Assembly (NCBI GenBank): GCA_045530945.1
Contig: JAZSDD010000077.1
Coordinates: forward strand, 1 to 52,967
From: Christensenellaceae bacterium
GTDB taxonomy: Bacteria > Bacillota > Clostridia > Christensenellales > Borkfalkiaceae
Direction of reading: 5' to 3'
DNA length: 52,967 nucleotides
The notes below the pieces were generated by a model, which was not told the DNA's origin, ran no database searches, and worked only from the letters and a program-made list of their open reading frames with translations. This document shows positions 34,700 to 42,353 of this stretch, piece after piece. How positions within the stretch are numbered: position 1 is the stretch's first letter; each line of letters begins with the position of its first letter. The translations under genes and the position numbers were made by a program.

Positions 34700-35854
34700 A
34701 TGTTACTCAATTTACTCTCTTCTGAAAAAGTGTATTTTTCAGACACCTTAGAGCCTATTTCGCTATGGCTAACTATCGGCGTGGTTTGCGCCCTATTACT
34801 AACCTTAATCGTATGCTTTTTTACGCATAGAGATATAATCGGAAAGGTTAGTAAATGCGCCGTAATTTCCTTTACGTTCTACGCTCTAATTTTAGGCATT
34901 ATCTTATTGGTTGCAGAAATATCTAAAAAGTTCGACCTTGCCTACCTTGAAAACAACTGGGTTAATAAAGACGTTATAACCCACGTTTTAATTCCACTAC
35001 TTGTAACGTTAATAATTTTACTAATTGGTGGAATTACGTTATTTATCCTTAACAAAAAAGAAAGCAAAGGAAAAAAGATTTTTAGCATAGTTTTTGGCAC
35101 GCTATTTTTTCTTTCTTTAATAACCACCTTAATATTAATGTATTTGCATTACTCAAATAATATTTTTGGTGACGGATATTATACTTCCCCCGAATCGGGC
35201 TTTAATTCTACACTCTTATACGTTTTTAGCGCAGTGTTGATTGCTTTTATCGTTAGTCTATCCTTTATCGTTGGAAGAAAAAATAAAAAGCCCTTCACTT
35301 CTAAAACCATTGCTTTTGCAGGCATTTGCTTAGCCCTTTCTTTTACCCTTTCCTTTATAAAGTTCGAGGCGGCGTGGATACAAGGAGGCTCTATAACCTT
35401 AATTTCCTTTTTGCCAATATGCTTATTCTCCTACGTTTACGGTATGAAAAAAGGCTTGCTCGTTGGCGTTATTTACGGATTGTTACAAGCCGTACAAGAT
35501 CCGTTTATCGTTCATCCGGCACAATTTTTATTAGACTACCCCGTTGCCTTTTCAACAATTGCAATAAGTGGATTATTAACCGACTTAAGAGTTTTATCAA
35601 ATCGACCAAGAATTAAATTTGCAATTGGCGCAGCACTCACCGGTTTATTAAGATACGTTTCTCACGTTATCTCAGGCGTGTTTGCCTTTGGCGCATACGC
35701 CTTGGATGCAGAGGCAACTAACTTTTTAACTTATAGTGCAATATATAACACCTACGTGTTTATAGATATTGCATTAGTTGTCGTAGTTGGAGTAGTTATT
35801 CTCTCTTCTAAATCTTTTGTAAAAGAACTCAATAAAATGGAAATCGAAGCCTAA
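34700..35854 (+). CDS. thiT: Thiamine ECF S-component (ThiT/YuaJ-like) C-terminal half fused to an extra N-terminal five-TM region
   Basis: Residues from about 195 to the end (AFAGICLALSF...WIQGGSITLISFLPICLFSYVYGMKKGLLVGVIYGLLQ...HPAQFLLDYPVAF) match the ThiT pattern. The gene is controlled by a TPP riboswitch. The first ~190 aa are additional hydrophobic segments. Confidence 0.7.
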   Translation: MLLNLLSSEKVYFSDTLEPISLWLTIGVVCALLLTLIVCFFTHRDIIGKVSKCAVISFTFYALILGIILLVAEISKKFDLAYLENNWVNKDVITHVLIPLLVTLIILLIGGITLFILNKKESKGKKIFSIVFGTLFFLSLITTLILMYLHYSNNIFGDGYYTSPESGFNSTLLYVFSAVLIAFIVSLSFIVGRKNKKPFTSKTIAFAGICLALSFTLSFIKFEAAWIQGGSITLISFLPICLFSYVYGMKKGLLVGVIYGLLQAVQDPFIVHPAQFLLDYPVAFSTIAISGLLTDLRVLSNRPRIKFAIGAALTGLLRYVSHVISGVFAFGAYALDAEATNFLTYSAIYNTYVFIDIALVVVVGVVILSSKSFVKELNKMEIEA

Positions 35855-35871
35855 CGGCTTCGATTTTTTTA
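35843..35871 (+). terminator. thiT terminator
   Basis: The hairpin ATCGAAGCC-TAAC-GGCTTCGAT is followed by T7. The stop codon lies in the loop. Confidence 0.75.
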
Positions 35872-35897
35872 TATTGTTAGATATGATTGTATGCGAA

Positions 35898-35953
35898 ATT
35901 GACCTCGTTGGTCATCGAGGTCAAAAATGATTACAGTAAACGACCTCACACGC
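35898..35953 (+). repeat. 56-bp direct repeat, copy 1 (contains a 9-bp-stem hairpin and three GACCTC/GAGGTC motifs)
   Basis: ATTGACCTCGTTGGTCATCGAGGTCAAAAATGATTACAGTAAACGACCTCACACGC is identical to 36101-36156. The internal hairpin TTGACCTCG-TTGGTCAT-CGAGGTCAA lies at 35899-35924. Confidence 0.9.
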
Positions 35954-36100
35954 TCTTTTTAATATTTAAGAAACAAGAAATAAGCAATTCAAGGCTCGCT
36001 CAAGGGTATGAATACGATTGACCTTGTCTTTTAACACAGATTACGTGTTTTAGGGGTTAGAAACAAGTGTGAGTAGGCTCGTAATCAATTTTTGGACGAG

Positions 36101-36156
36101 ATTGACCTCGTTGGTCATCGAGGTCAAAAATGATTACAGTAAACGACCTCACACGC
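36101..36156 (+). repeat. 56-bp direct repeat, copy 2
   Basis: It is an exact copy of 35898-35953, 203 bp downstream. The hairpin lies at 36102-36127. Confidence 0.9.
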
Positions 36157-36469
36157 CGTTTATAAGCCCTAAAAATTCAAAAAGCAATTAACCTAGTTAA
36201 CTGCTTCCTGAATAATATATGATAAGGGGGAAAATGATGAGCTTAGTAAAATCATTTTTCTGTCCGTTACTGAAAAGTAGCAAAACATACTCAATGATGG
36301 ATTTTCGCCGTTAAGACCAACGCTTTCGACAATATTAATATACAACATTAAAACTTTTTTGTAAAGCGTTTTAAGGCGAATTTTGAAAATTTTTTTCACT
36401 TTTTTTACCTTTTTTGTAAAAATATGTTAATATTTATCACTTAATGTAATGAAATATCAATTTTAGATT

Positions 36470-36507
36470 AAAAAAAGGAACGCACTTTTTTTATGCGTTC
36501 TTTTTTT
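36470..36507 (-). terminator. Terminator of the 188-aa membrane protein gene (bidirectional)
   Basis: The hairpin is GAACGCA-(loop)-TGCGTTC, with an A7 run upstream and a T7 run downstream. Confidence 0.7.
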
Positions 36508-36518
36508 GTTGTTTAATT

Positions 36519-37085
36519 TTAGAAAACTTCTACGTAACCTTTTTGTTTATAAGATTTTTTTGCTTTTCTAACGCAAGAATTTCTAACAATAGCGAGATAT
36601 TTTCTATAAATTGCGTTACCTAACATAAATAAACCTAAACCAAATACAGGGATTGTTACAATACCTAATAACCACCACATTAAGCCTCTAGTAGGTCTAG
36701 CAACTGAACGTAGCCATTTGTTAACGTTTGATTTTTTGTCTGCTACTACTTCAGGTGAAGCACCTATGTAAACTTCCATAGCAATTGCATCGCCAGAAGA
36801 GTGACGTTCTTCTTTTAACCTATAATTACCATTACCGGTATGGGTTGCCGTATAGCCCTTACTATAGGCTGATTCAGAAACGTCTTTTGCAGGTCTGAAA
36901 CCAAAATATTCCATAATAAACGGTGTTCCCTTTTTATGATGCTTACCTTGAAGCGCTTCATAAATTTTAATTGATTTGCCAGCACCAGTAAAAATCAAAT
37001 TGTCCGAATTGTTTTTGCAAGGAATTCTTACAATTGAACCCACTTCACCAGTGTACACGAGTTTTACTCCATTAAATAATCCCAT
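36519..37085 (-). CDS. Hypothetical tail-anchored membrane protein (188 aa), divergent partner of an XRE regulator
   Basis: The start was trimmed to MGLFNGVKLVY (ATG at 37083-37085, AAGGAGAAAGGG SD). It has a soluble N-domain of about 140 aa, one TM segment (GLMWWLLGIVTIPVFGLGLFMLGNAI) and a basic tail. I recognised no family. Confidence 0.6.
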   Translation of the reverse strand: MGLFNGVKLVYTGEVGSIVRIPCKNNSDNLIFTGAGKSIKIYEALQGKHHKKGTPFIMEYFGFRPAKDVSESAYSKGYTATHTGNGNYRLKEERHSSGDAIAMEVYIGASPEVVADKKSNVNKWLRSVARPTRGLMWWLLGIVTIPVFGLGLFMLGNAIYRKYLAIVRNSCVRKAKKSYKQKGYVEVF

Positions 37086-37109
37086 CTTTTCCCTTTCTCC
37101 TTTTTGTTG

Positions 37110-37157
37110 ATAGCAAACTGCTATTTTTATACACACAGTATATAGCAAAATGCTATA
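37110..37157. promoter_or_regulatory. Twin palindromes ATAGCA-N3-TGCTAT (candidate XRE operators) in a divergent promoter region
   Basis: ATAGCAAACTGCTAT lies at 37110-37124 and (T)ATAGCAAAATGCTAT(A) at 37141-37157. Their centres are 32 bp apart. The second overlaps a TATAAT-like box (37154-37159, GCTATAATTG). Confidence 0.5.
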
Positions 37158-37181
37158 ATTGTCAAGATGAAAATAAGGTTC

Positions 37182-37391
37182 ATGATGAAAATATTTCAAG
37201 ACAGGTTAATAGAACAGCGTAAACTTAATAAAAAAACTCAGCGTCAGGTTGCAGAGTTTTTACAAATCGCTCAGACCTCGTACATAAGATATGAAAACGG
37301 TAGTTCAGAGCCGAGTTTGGAAACTCTGCGTAAAATTGCCGATTTCTTTGACGTTTCGGTAGATTATTTATTAGGTAGAAAAGAGCTTTAA
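37182..37391 (+). CDS. XRE-family HTH transcriptional regulator (about 69 aa)
   Basis: The sequence LIEQRKLNKKTQRQVAEFLQIAQTSYIRYENGSSEPSLETLRKIADFFDVSVDYLLG fits XRE, and its C-terminus is very similar to that of the XRE protein at 3969..4178. The start is at 37182 or 37185. Confidence 0.8.
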   Translation: MMKIFQDRLIEQRKLNKKTQRQVAEFLQIAQTSYIRYENGSSEPSLETLRKIADFFDVSVDYLLGRKEL

Positions 37392-37451
37392 TATATTTAG
37401 AACTATAAAATCCTTCCTCTTTTAGGGAATTTTAATAAATAATAAAAGTAT

Positions 37452-37492
37452 AGCCCACTATATTTCGCAAAAAGCGAAATAGTGGGCTTTTC
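37452..37492 (+). terminator. Terminator of the XRE gene
   Basis: The long hairpin AGCCCACTATATTTCGC-AAAAA-GCGAAATAGTGGGCT is followed by TTTTC. Confidence 0.7.
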
Positions 37493-37657
37493 TTATCTAC
37501 AAAATACCTAACGGTTAGTAGTGATATTTTAGCCTTGTGGCTAAAAGTGATATGCAAGATAAGTCTTGCGTTATATTAAATAAATCCGTGAGGATTTATT
37601 TAGTCGTCGCTTTTTCTTTACGGGAAGAGCGACTTTTATGCGTTCTTTTTTTAATAA

Positions 37658-37954
37658 TTATTCACCCTTGAAAGGTAATAAGTCAACCAATCTTGCTCTT
37701 TTAATTGCTTTTGCAAGAACTCTTTGGTGTTTTGCGCAAGTACCGGTCATACGGCGGGGTAAAATTTTACCACCTTCTGCAACGTATTTTTTCAAGGTGT
37801 TAATATCCTTGTAATCAATAGCGTCAGTCTTTGCTTGACAGAAAGCGCAAACTTTTTTACGGGGAATTCTTTTAACAAATTTTTTGCCTGATTCTTTAAC
37901 CGCAGGTTGAGCCTGTTCGGTAGTTTCAGGAACTACGTTGGTAATTTCTTCCAT
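37658..37954 (-). CDS. rpsR: 30S ribosomal protein S18 (with an N-terminal extension of about 25 aa)
   Basis: Motifs [40 protein letters not shown] and LAKAIKRAR are present. An AAGGAG SD precedes the start. Confidence 0.9.
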   Translation of the reverse strand: MEEITNVVPETTEQAQPAVKESGKKFVKRIPRKKVCAFCQAKTDAIDYKDINTLKKYVAEGGKILPRRMTGTCAKHQRVLAKAIKRARLVDLLPFKGE

Positions 37955-37986
37955 TTTATACTCCTTTTAGTTTACGACACTACTTA

Positions 37987-38394
37987 TTAGAAAGGAAGTT
38001 GATTGTCGTCCATCACTTCCAACTGAGGGCGAACTCTGCTTGAAGAAGAAACTTCTGCCTCTCCCTCTGATTGCGCACTCTTGGGGGTTAAAAATTCAAC
38101 TTCGTTAGCAATAACGTCGGTAACGTTTCTCTTAATACCGTCTTTATCTTCGTATGAACGGTTTTGTAAACTACCTACTATTGCAACCTTGTTGCCTTTT
38201 TTTAGATATTTTCCGCAATTTTCCGCTCTTCCACGCCAAACCGTTATGTTAAAGAAATCGGTTTCACGGTTGCCTTCACTGTTTGCGTAATCTCTTGATA
38301 CAGCGATGGAAAATCTGCATACTGCTATTCCGTTGGGAGTTTCCGTAAGTTCTGGATCACGGGTTAAATTTCCAACTAGGATAACTTTATTCAT
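37987..38394 (-). CDS. ssb: Single-stranded DNA-binding protein
   Basis: It begins MNKVILVGNLTRDPEL, has an OB fold and ends with the acidic tail DDNQLPF. Confidence 0.95.
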   Translation of the reverse strand: MNKVILVGNLTRDPELTETPNGIAVCRFSIAVSRDYANSEGNRETDFFNITVWRGRAENCGKYLKKGNKVAIVGSLQNRSYEDKDGIKRNVTDVIANEVEFLTPKSAQSEGEAEVSSSSRVRPQLEVMDDNQLPF

Positions 38395-38406
38395 AAATTT
38401 TTCTCC

Positions 38407-38688
38407 TTATCTTTTGGTGATTAATCTTCTGATTATGCCATCAGTAATGCCAACTATACGCTTTAATTCTTGAACGAGCGTTTTCTCTGCCTCGAAACTC
38501 ATTAAAACATAGTAGCCTTCGGATTTGTAGTTGATGGGATATTGTAATTTCTTTAATCCCCAACGATCGGTCTTTTCAACAACACCGCCGTTGCTCGTAA
38601 CTAAATCCTCAAACTTCTTTACGAGAGCATCCTTTGCTTCGTCAGCATAAGATGCGTCGATAATGTAGAGCATTTCGTATTTCGTCAT
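38407..38688 (-). CDS. rpsF: 30S ribosomal protein S6
   Basis: It begins MTKYEMLYII and contains WGLKKLQYPI and GYYVLM. Confidence 0.9.
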   Translation of the reverse strand: MTKYEMLYIIDASYADEAKDALVKKFEDLVTSNGGVVEKTDRWGLKKLQYPINYKSEGYYVLMSFEAEKTLVQELKRIVGITDGIIRRLITKR

Positions 38689-38778
38689 AATTTCTTACCT
38701 CCCGGACTTATTCGGCTTGATTTATATTCAAGCAAGGTTTTGTTTTCGTAGCATATTACGCCATACTACGTGTATGTT

Positions 38779-38807
38779 ATCATAACAAATTTTACATAAC
38801 TTGTCAA
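38779..38807 (-). promoter_or_regulatory. Sigma-A-like promoter of rpsF-ssb-rpsR
   Basis: On the minus strand: TTGACA (38802-38807), a 17-nt spacer, then TATGAT (38779-38784). A leader of about 90 nt follows. Confidence 0.5.
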
Positions 38808-38815
38808 TCGTTTTT

Positions 38816-40165
38816 TTATTCTTTTACCCTCTTATAAAGGATTTTTAGCAGTTTTTCCCTATTATTCAAACTCGGCTCGTCAATACATAAATAACGTAAG
38901 TCTTCAAGCGTTTTACCAATGTCTTTTTTTTCTACGCCGAAAGATTCAACGTCTTTTCCGTTAACTTTTAGATCTCTTAAATTGATAGGCGTGCCGTCTG
39001 ATAACATTTTGCTTTTGATATTTGTAACTCTTGATAAAAAATCTTTTGGAACATCCTCGTCTTTAAGCGCCATAAAATCTGCCTTTTTAATTTTAATAAG
39101 GTCATCTATATTATTAAAATTATCTGCAATGAAACGTTTTAGTTTCTCCTCCCTCATATCGTCAACTTGCAACATATGATTTTTAACTAAAAAGCACGTT
39201 TTTTTAATCTCATAATTTGGCGCTTTAAATCTTTTTAATATCTCTTCTGCAATGCTTTTCCCCTCTTTTGCGTGCAAGTAAAAATTGCCGTCTCTATTAA
39301 AGGTGAACGGTTTTCCCACGTCGTGCAAGAGCGCAGAAAGACGAACATCACTATCCGCATAGAGAACGGATTTAAGAGAGTGTTCTAAAACGTCGTACTT
39401 GTGATAATCACTGCGTTGTGATATGCCTTTGCCAAGATAGAGTTCTGGCAAAATAATTTCTAAAACGCCGATTTCTTCTAAAATTTTCAAACCGTTATAA
39501 TGCCCCTGCTTGTCGGAAAAGGGGTGTTTTTTATCAGATGAAAGAATTTTAATTAGTTCGGCAAAAATGCGCTCGGCGGAAATATCCTTAATCTTATCGC
39601 AGTTTTTTCTTGCGCCATAAAGCGTTTCACTTCTCGGTATAAAATTAAGTTCAGAAGAAAGGCGTGCTAAACGCATTAACCTCAAACCGTCGTGTGAGAA
39701 TACTTCTTTTGCATCCTTAACGGTTGATATAATTTTATTTGAAATATCCTCTATTCCACCGAGAGGATCACAAAATTCTCCATTTTTTATATCGTAATAA
39801 ACGGCGTTACACTTAAAATCACGGCGAAGTGCATCTTTTTGTATATCTTCGGTAGCTATCGTTATATCGGGCGTATGCTCTCCACCCTCTTTATAAACGT
39901 CCTCTCGAAAAGACGTGAATTCATATTTTACCTTTCCGTCAAGCAAAACTGCCGTGCCCGTTCTTTTATATCTTGAAACAACTCTAATATCAAGGCTTTC
40001 TGCTACTTTGCACACCTCTTCTACGTTTAACGGTGAGCAAATATCCACGTCTGAACTAAAAATATTATAGGCAAGATAATCTCTAACCACGCCACCCACG
40101 GCATACAAAGGCTTTTCGAGTTTTTCTGCCAAATTAACAATCTTTTTAGAAAATAGTTTTTTCAT
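38816..40165 (-). CDS. cca: CCA-adding tRNA nucleotidyltransferase with HD domain
   Basis: Motifs seen: LYAVGGVVRDYL, the DxD in SDVDICS, RRDF.CNA, and the HD domain LLHDVGKP. Confidence 0.8.
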   Translation of the reverse strand: MKKLFSKKIVNLAEKLEKPLYAVGGVVRDYLAYNIFSSDVDICSPLNVEEVCKVAESLDIRVVSRYKRTGTAVLLDGKVKYEFTSFREDVYKEGGEHTPDITIATEDIQKDALRRDFKCNAVYYDIKNGEFCDPLGGIEDISNKIISTVKDAKEVFSHDGLRLMRLARLSSELNFIPRSETLYGARKNCDKIKDISAERIFAELIKILSSDKKHPFSDKQGHYNGLKILEEIGVLEIILPELYLGKGISQRSDYHKYDVLEHSLKSVLYADSDVRLSALLHDVGKPFTFNRDGNFYLHAKEGKSIAEEILKRFKAPNYEIKKTCFLVKNHMLQVDDMREEKLKRFIADNFNNIDDLIKIKKADFMALKDEDVPKDFLSRVTNIKSKMLSDGTPINLRDLKVNGKDVESFGVEKKDIGKTLEDLRYLCIDEPSLNNREKLLKILYKRVKE

Positions 40166-40237
40166 AAATATATTATAACATAAAAACTTGAAATTAAGTT
40201 TATTTTGTAGTAAAATTTAATTTAAGAGGAGATATAG

Positions 40238-41110
40238 ATGTTAGACTTTATCGTTAACCCTACGGCAGGCGGAAAAAAGGGCAAGAAAATAATGAAAATT
40301 CTTCACGTTCTCACTAAACGCTTGGAAAAAGAAAACATAGATTATGCAATTCATATTACGAGAGAACTTAAAAGTTCAAGAGAAAAAACGGAAGAACTTA
40401 TAAAAAACGGTGCAACAGACATTATTGCCGTTGGTGGAGACGGAACTTTGCACGAAGTTATCAACGGTTTTTCTAACTTTGAAAAGGTTAATCTCGGAAT
40501 TATTCCCTGTGGCACGGGAAACGACTTTGCTCGTGCAATAAATTTGCCTAAAAAACCTATCAAAGCGTTAGAAATAATCTTAAATAACAAACCCCAATAC
40601 ACCGATTATATGCAAATGCCAACGGTTAGAGGGTTAAATGTTATTGGAACGGGTATTGACGTTGACGTGCTTAAAAAATATAACGCCTTAAAAAAGAAAA
40701 ACAAGTTCGGCTACACCAAATGCCTTATTAAAACGCTATTTGATTTTGAATACACTGATTTTGTTGTGGAAATTGATGGAGAGAAGACCTCTTTCCGTTC
40801 GTTTATAGCAGGCGTATGCAACGGTTATAGATTTGGAGGAGGTATCCCTATTTGCCCAATTGCTTCCACCAACGATGGTGAACTTGATTTTATTGCCGTT
40901 AAAGAGATGCCTCGTATTAAAATTATAGGTGCGTTCCTTAAACTAAAAGCAGGTAAAATCTTAAAACTCAAACAATCTATTTATAAAAAAATTAAAGAGA
41001 TTAAAATAACGTCGGATAAGCCTTTCACGGTTAATGTTGACGGTGAACTTTACGAGGATATTCCCTTTGAGGTTAAAATAATCTCTAACACTCTAAAAAT
41101 ATACAGATAA
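40238..41110 (+). CDS. Diacylglycerol/lipid kinase family protein (DagK/YegS type)
   Basis: It begins FIVNPTAGGKKG and contains AVGGDGTLHEVINGF and PCGTGNDFAR. Confidence 0.8.
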   Translation: MLDFIVNPTAGGKKGKKIMKILHVLTKRLEKENIDYAIHITRELKSSREKTEELIKNGATDIIAVGGDGTLHEVINGFSNFEKVNLGIIPCGTGNDFARAINLPKKPIKALEIILNNKPQYTDYMQMPTVRGLNVIGTGIDVDVLKKYNALKKKNKFGYTKCLIKTLFDFEYTDFVVEIDGEKTSFRSFIAGVCNGYRFGGGIPICPIASTNDGELDFIAVKEMPRIKIIGAFLKLKAGKILKLKQSIYKKIKEIKITSDKPFTVNVDGELYEDIPFEVKIISNTLKIYR

Positions 41111-41120
41111 TATTTAAATT

Positions 41121-41152
41121 AAAAAAGGCGATTTAATAAATCGCCTTTTTTT
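41121..41152. terminator. Bidirectional terminator between the lipid kinase gene and the nagA-like operon
   Basis: The hairpin is GGCGATT-TAATA-AATCGCC, with an A6 run upstream and a T7 run downstream. Confidence 0.65.
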
Positions 41153-41181
41153 GTTTAATTAAGTTTGTATCTAAAAAATAC

Positions 41182-42336
41182 TTAACAAACTTCTTCGCCC
41201 TCTAAGAATACTTTCTTAACGTTAACCTCGTCGTCAATCAAGATGAGGTTTGGCTTTTTGCCTATTTCGATACTGCCGTAGAACTCGTCAATCCCCAAAA
41301 CCTTAGCAGGGTTAAGTGATGCGAACCTAATTGCGTGGCATAGCCCGTAACCAGTGTGGCGCATCATATTTTTAACGGCTTTATCAAGCGTTAAACGGCT
41401 ACCCGAAACGTATCCTTGATAATCGTAGTTAATGTCAGGTCCGTAAGGAATTCCCTCTTCTTCATTGTTTTTATAATCGCCACTCTTAGCCATAGAGTCG
41501 GTGATTAAAATCATACGCTCAACACCCTTAGTTTTAACGATTAGCTTAATTAAGTCTGGAACAACGTGGATACCCGTGTAGTCACAGATAATTTCAGCGT
41601 ACATTTCGGGAGTGTAATAAGTATATTCGTCACACCCTGCACCCATAGTGCCTTGCGCAAGCCCTTTAACCTTACCAGCATCTTGGGTGTGCGTTTGTAA
41701 AGTAATTCCGTATTTTCTAACCTTTCTAACTTGCTCTGCCGTAGCTCTCGAATGACCTAATGCAAAAACTGCGTTAGGATATTTTTTTCTAACGTAAGAT
41801 AAAAACACCTCGATATTTTGTCTTGCAGGGTCAATAGCCCAAACCTTAACAAAATCACCAATCTCGTCAACAAGTGGAACGAACGCCTCTTCAGTGATAT
41901 CTCCGTTCCATTTGATAAACTTGAAGTTACTGCCTCTGCCAGACATATAAGGGCCTTCCATGTAAATTCCATGGATGATTTTACCCGCACCTTTTTTAGA
42001 CGCTTCTTTAATCTTCCTTGCGCCCTCAATCATTTGTTCCGCCGTCATATCGTAATAAATAGTAGGCAAAACGGTTGTTTGACCATGCTTTAAGAAATAT
42101 TCTGCGCACTTATAAGGCTCGTTAACAAATAAATCAAATTCTGAGCCGTGATTATGGATATCAATAAGACCGGGGGAAGTGTAAAGTCCCTTAGCGTCGA
42201 TAATTTCCGTTCCTTCGGGGATTTCCACCTTGTCTTTAGGTCCAAAGTTTATAATTTTTTCCTCGTCAAAGAGGATAACAGCATCAAAAACGATACCGTC
42301 CTCTAACACGAGTTTTGTGTTTATAATGGCTTTCAT
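41182..42336 (-). CDS. NagA-like amidohydrolase (N-acetylglucosamine-6-phosphate deacetylase family)
   Basis: It has PGLIDIHNHG, later H-containing beta-strand ends (GHSRAT, LQTHTQD), and a C-terminal EIGKKPNLILID typical of NagA. The start was trimmed to MKAIINTKLVLEDG (ATG at 42334-42336, AAGGAAA SD). Confidence 0.65.
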   Translation of the reverse strand: MKAIINTKLVLEDGIVFDAVILFDEEKIINFGPKDKVEIPEGTEIIDAKGLYTSPGLIDIHNHGSEFDLFVNEPYKCAEYFLKHGQTTVLPTIYYDMTAEQMIEGARKIKEASKKGAGKIIHGIYMEGPYMSGRGSNFKFIKWNGDITEEAFVPLVDEIGDFVKVWAIDPARQNIEVFLSYVRKKYPNAVFALGHSRATAEQVRKVRKYGITLQTHTQDAGKVKGLAQGTMGAGCDEYTYYTPEMYAEIICDYTGIHVVPDLIKLIVKTKGVERMILITDSMAKSGDYKNNEEEGIPYGPDINYDYQGYVSGSRLTLDKAVKNMMRHTGYGLCHAIRFASLNPAKVLGIDEFYGSIEIGKKPNLILIDDEVNVKKVFLEGEEVC

Positions 42337-42353
42337 AAAAATTTCCTTATAAA

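Noticed and set aside
35898-36156. Possible CRISPR mini-array, given identical repeats with an internal palindrome
   Set aside because: There are only two copies. The repeat length is 56 bp and the interval 147 bp, both far outside CRISPR repeat/spacer dimensions. No cas genes lie in the window.
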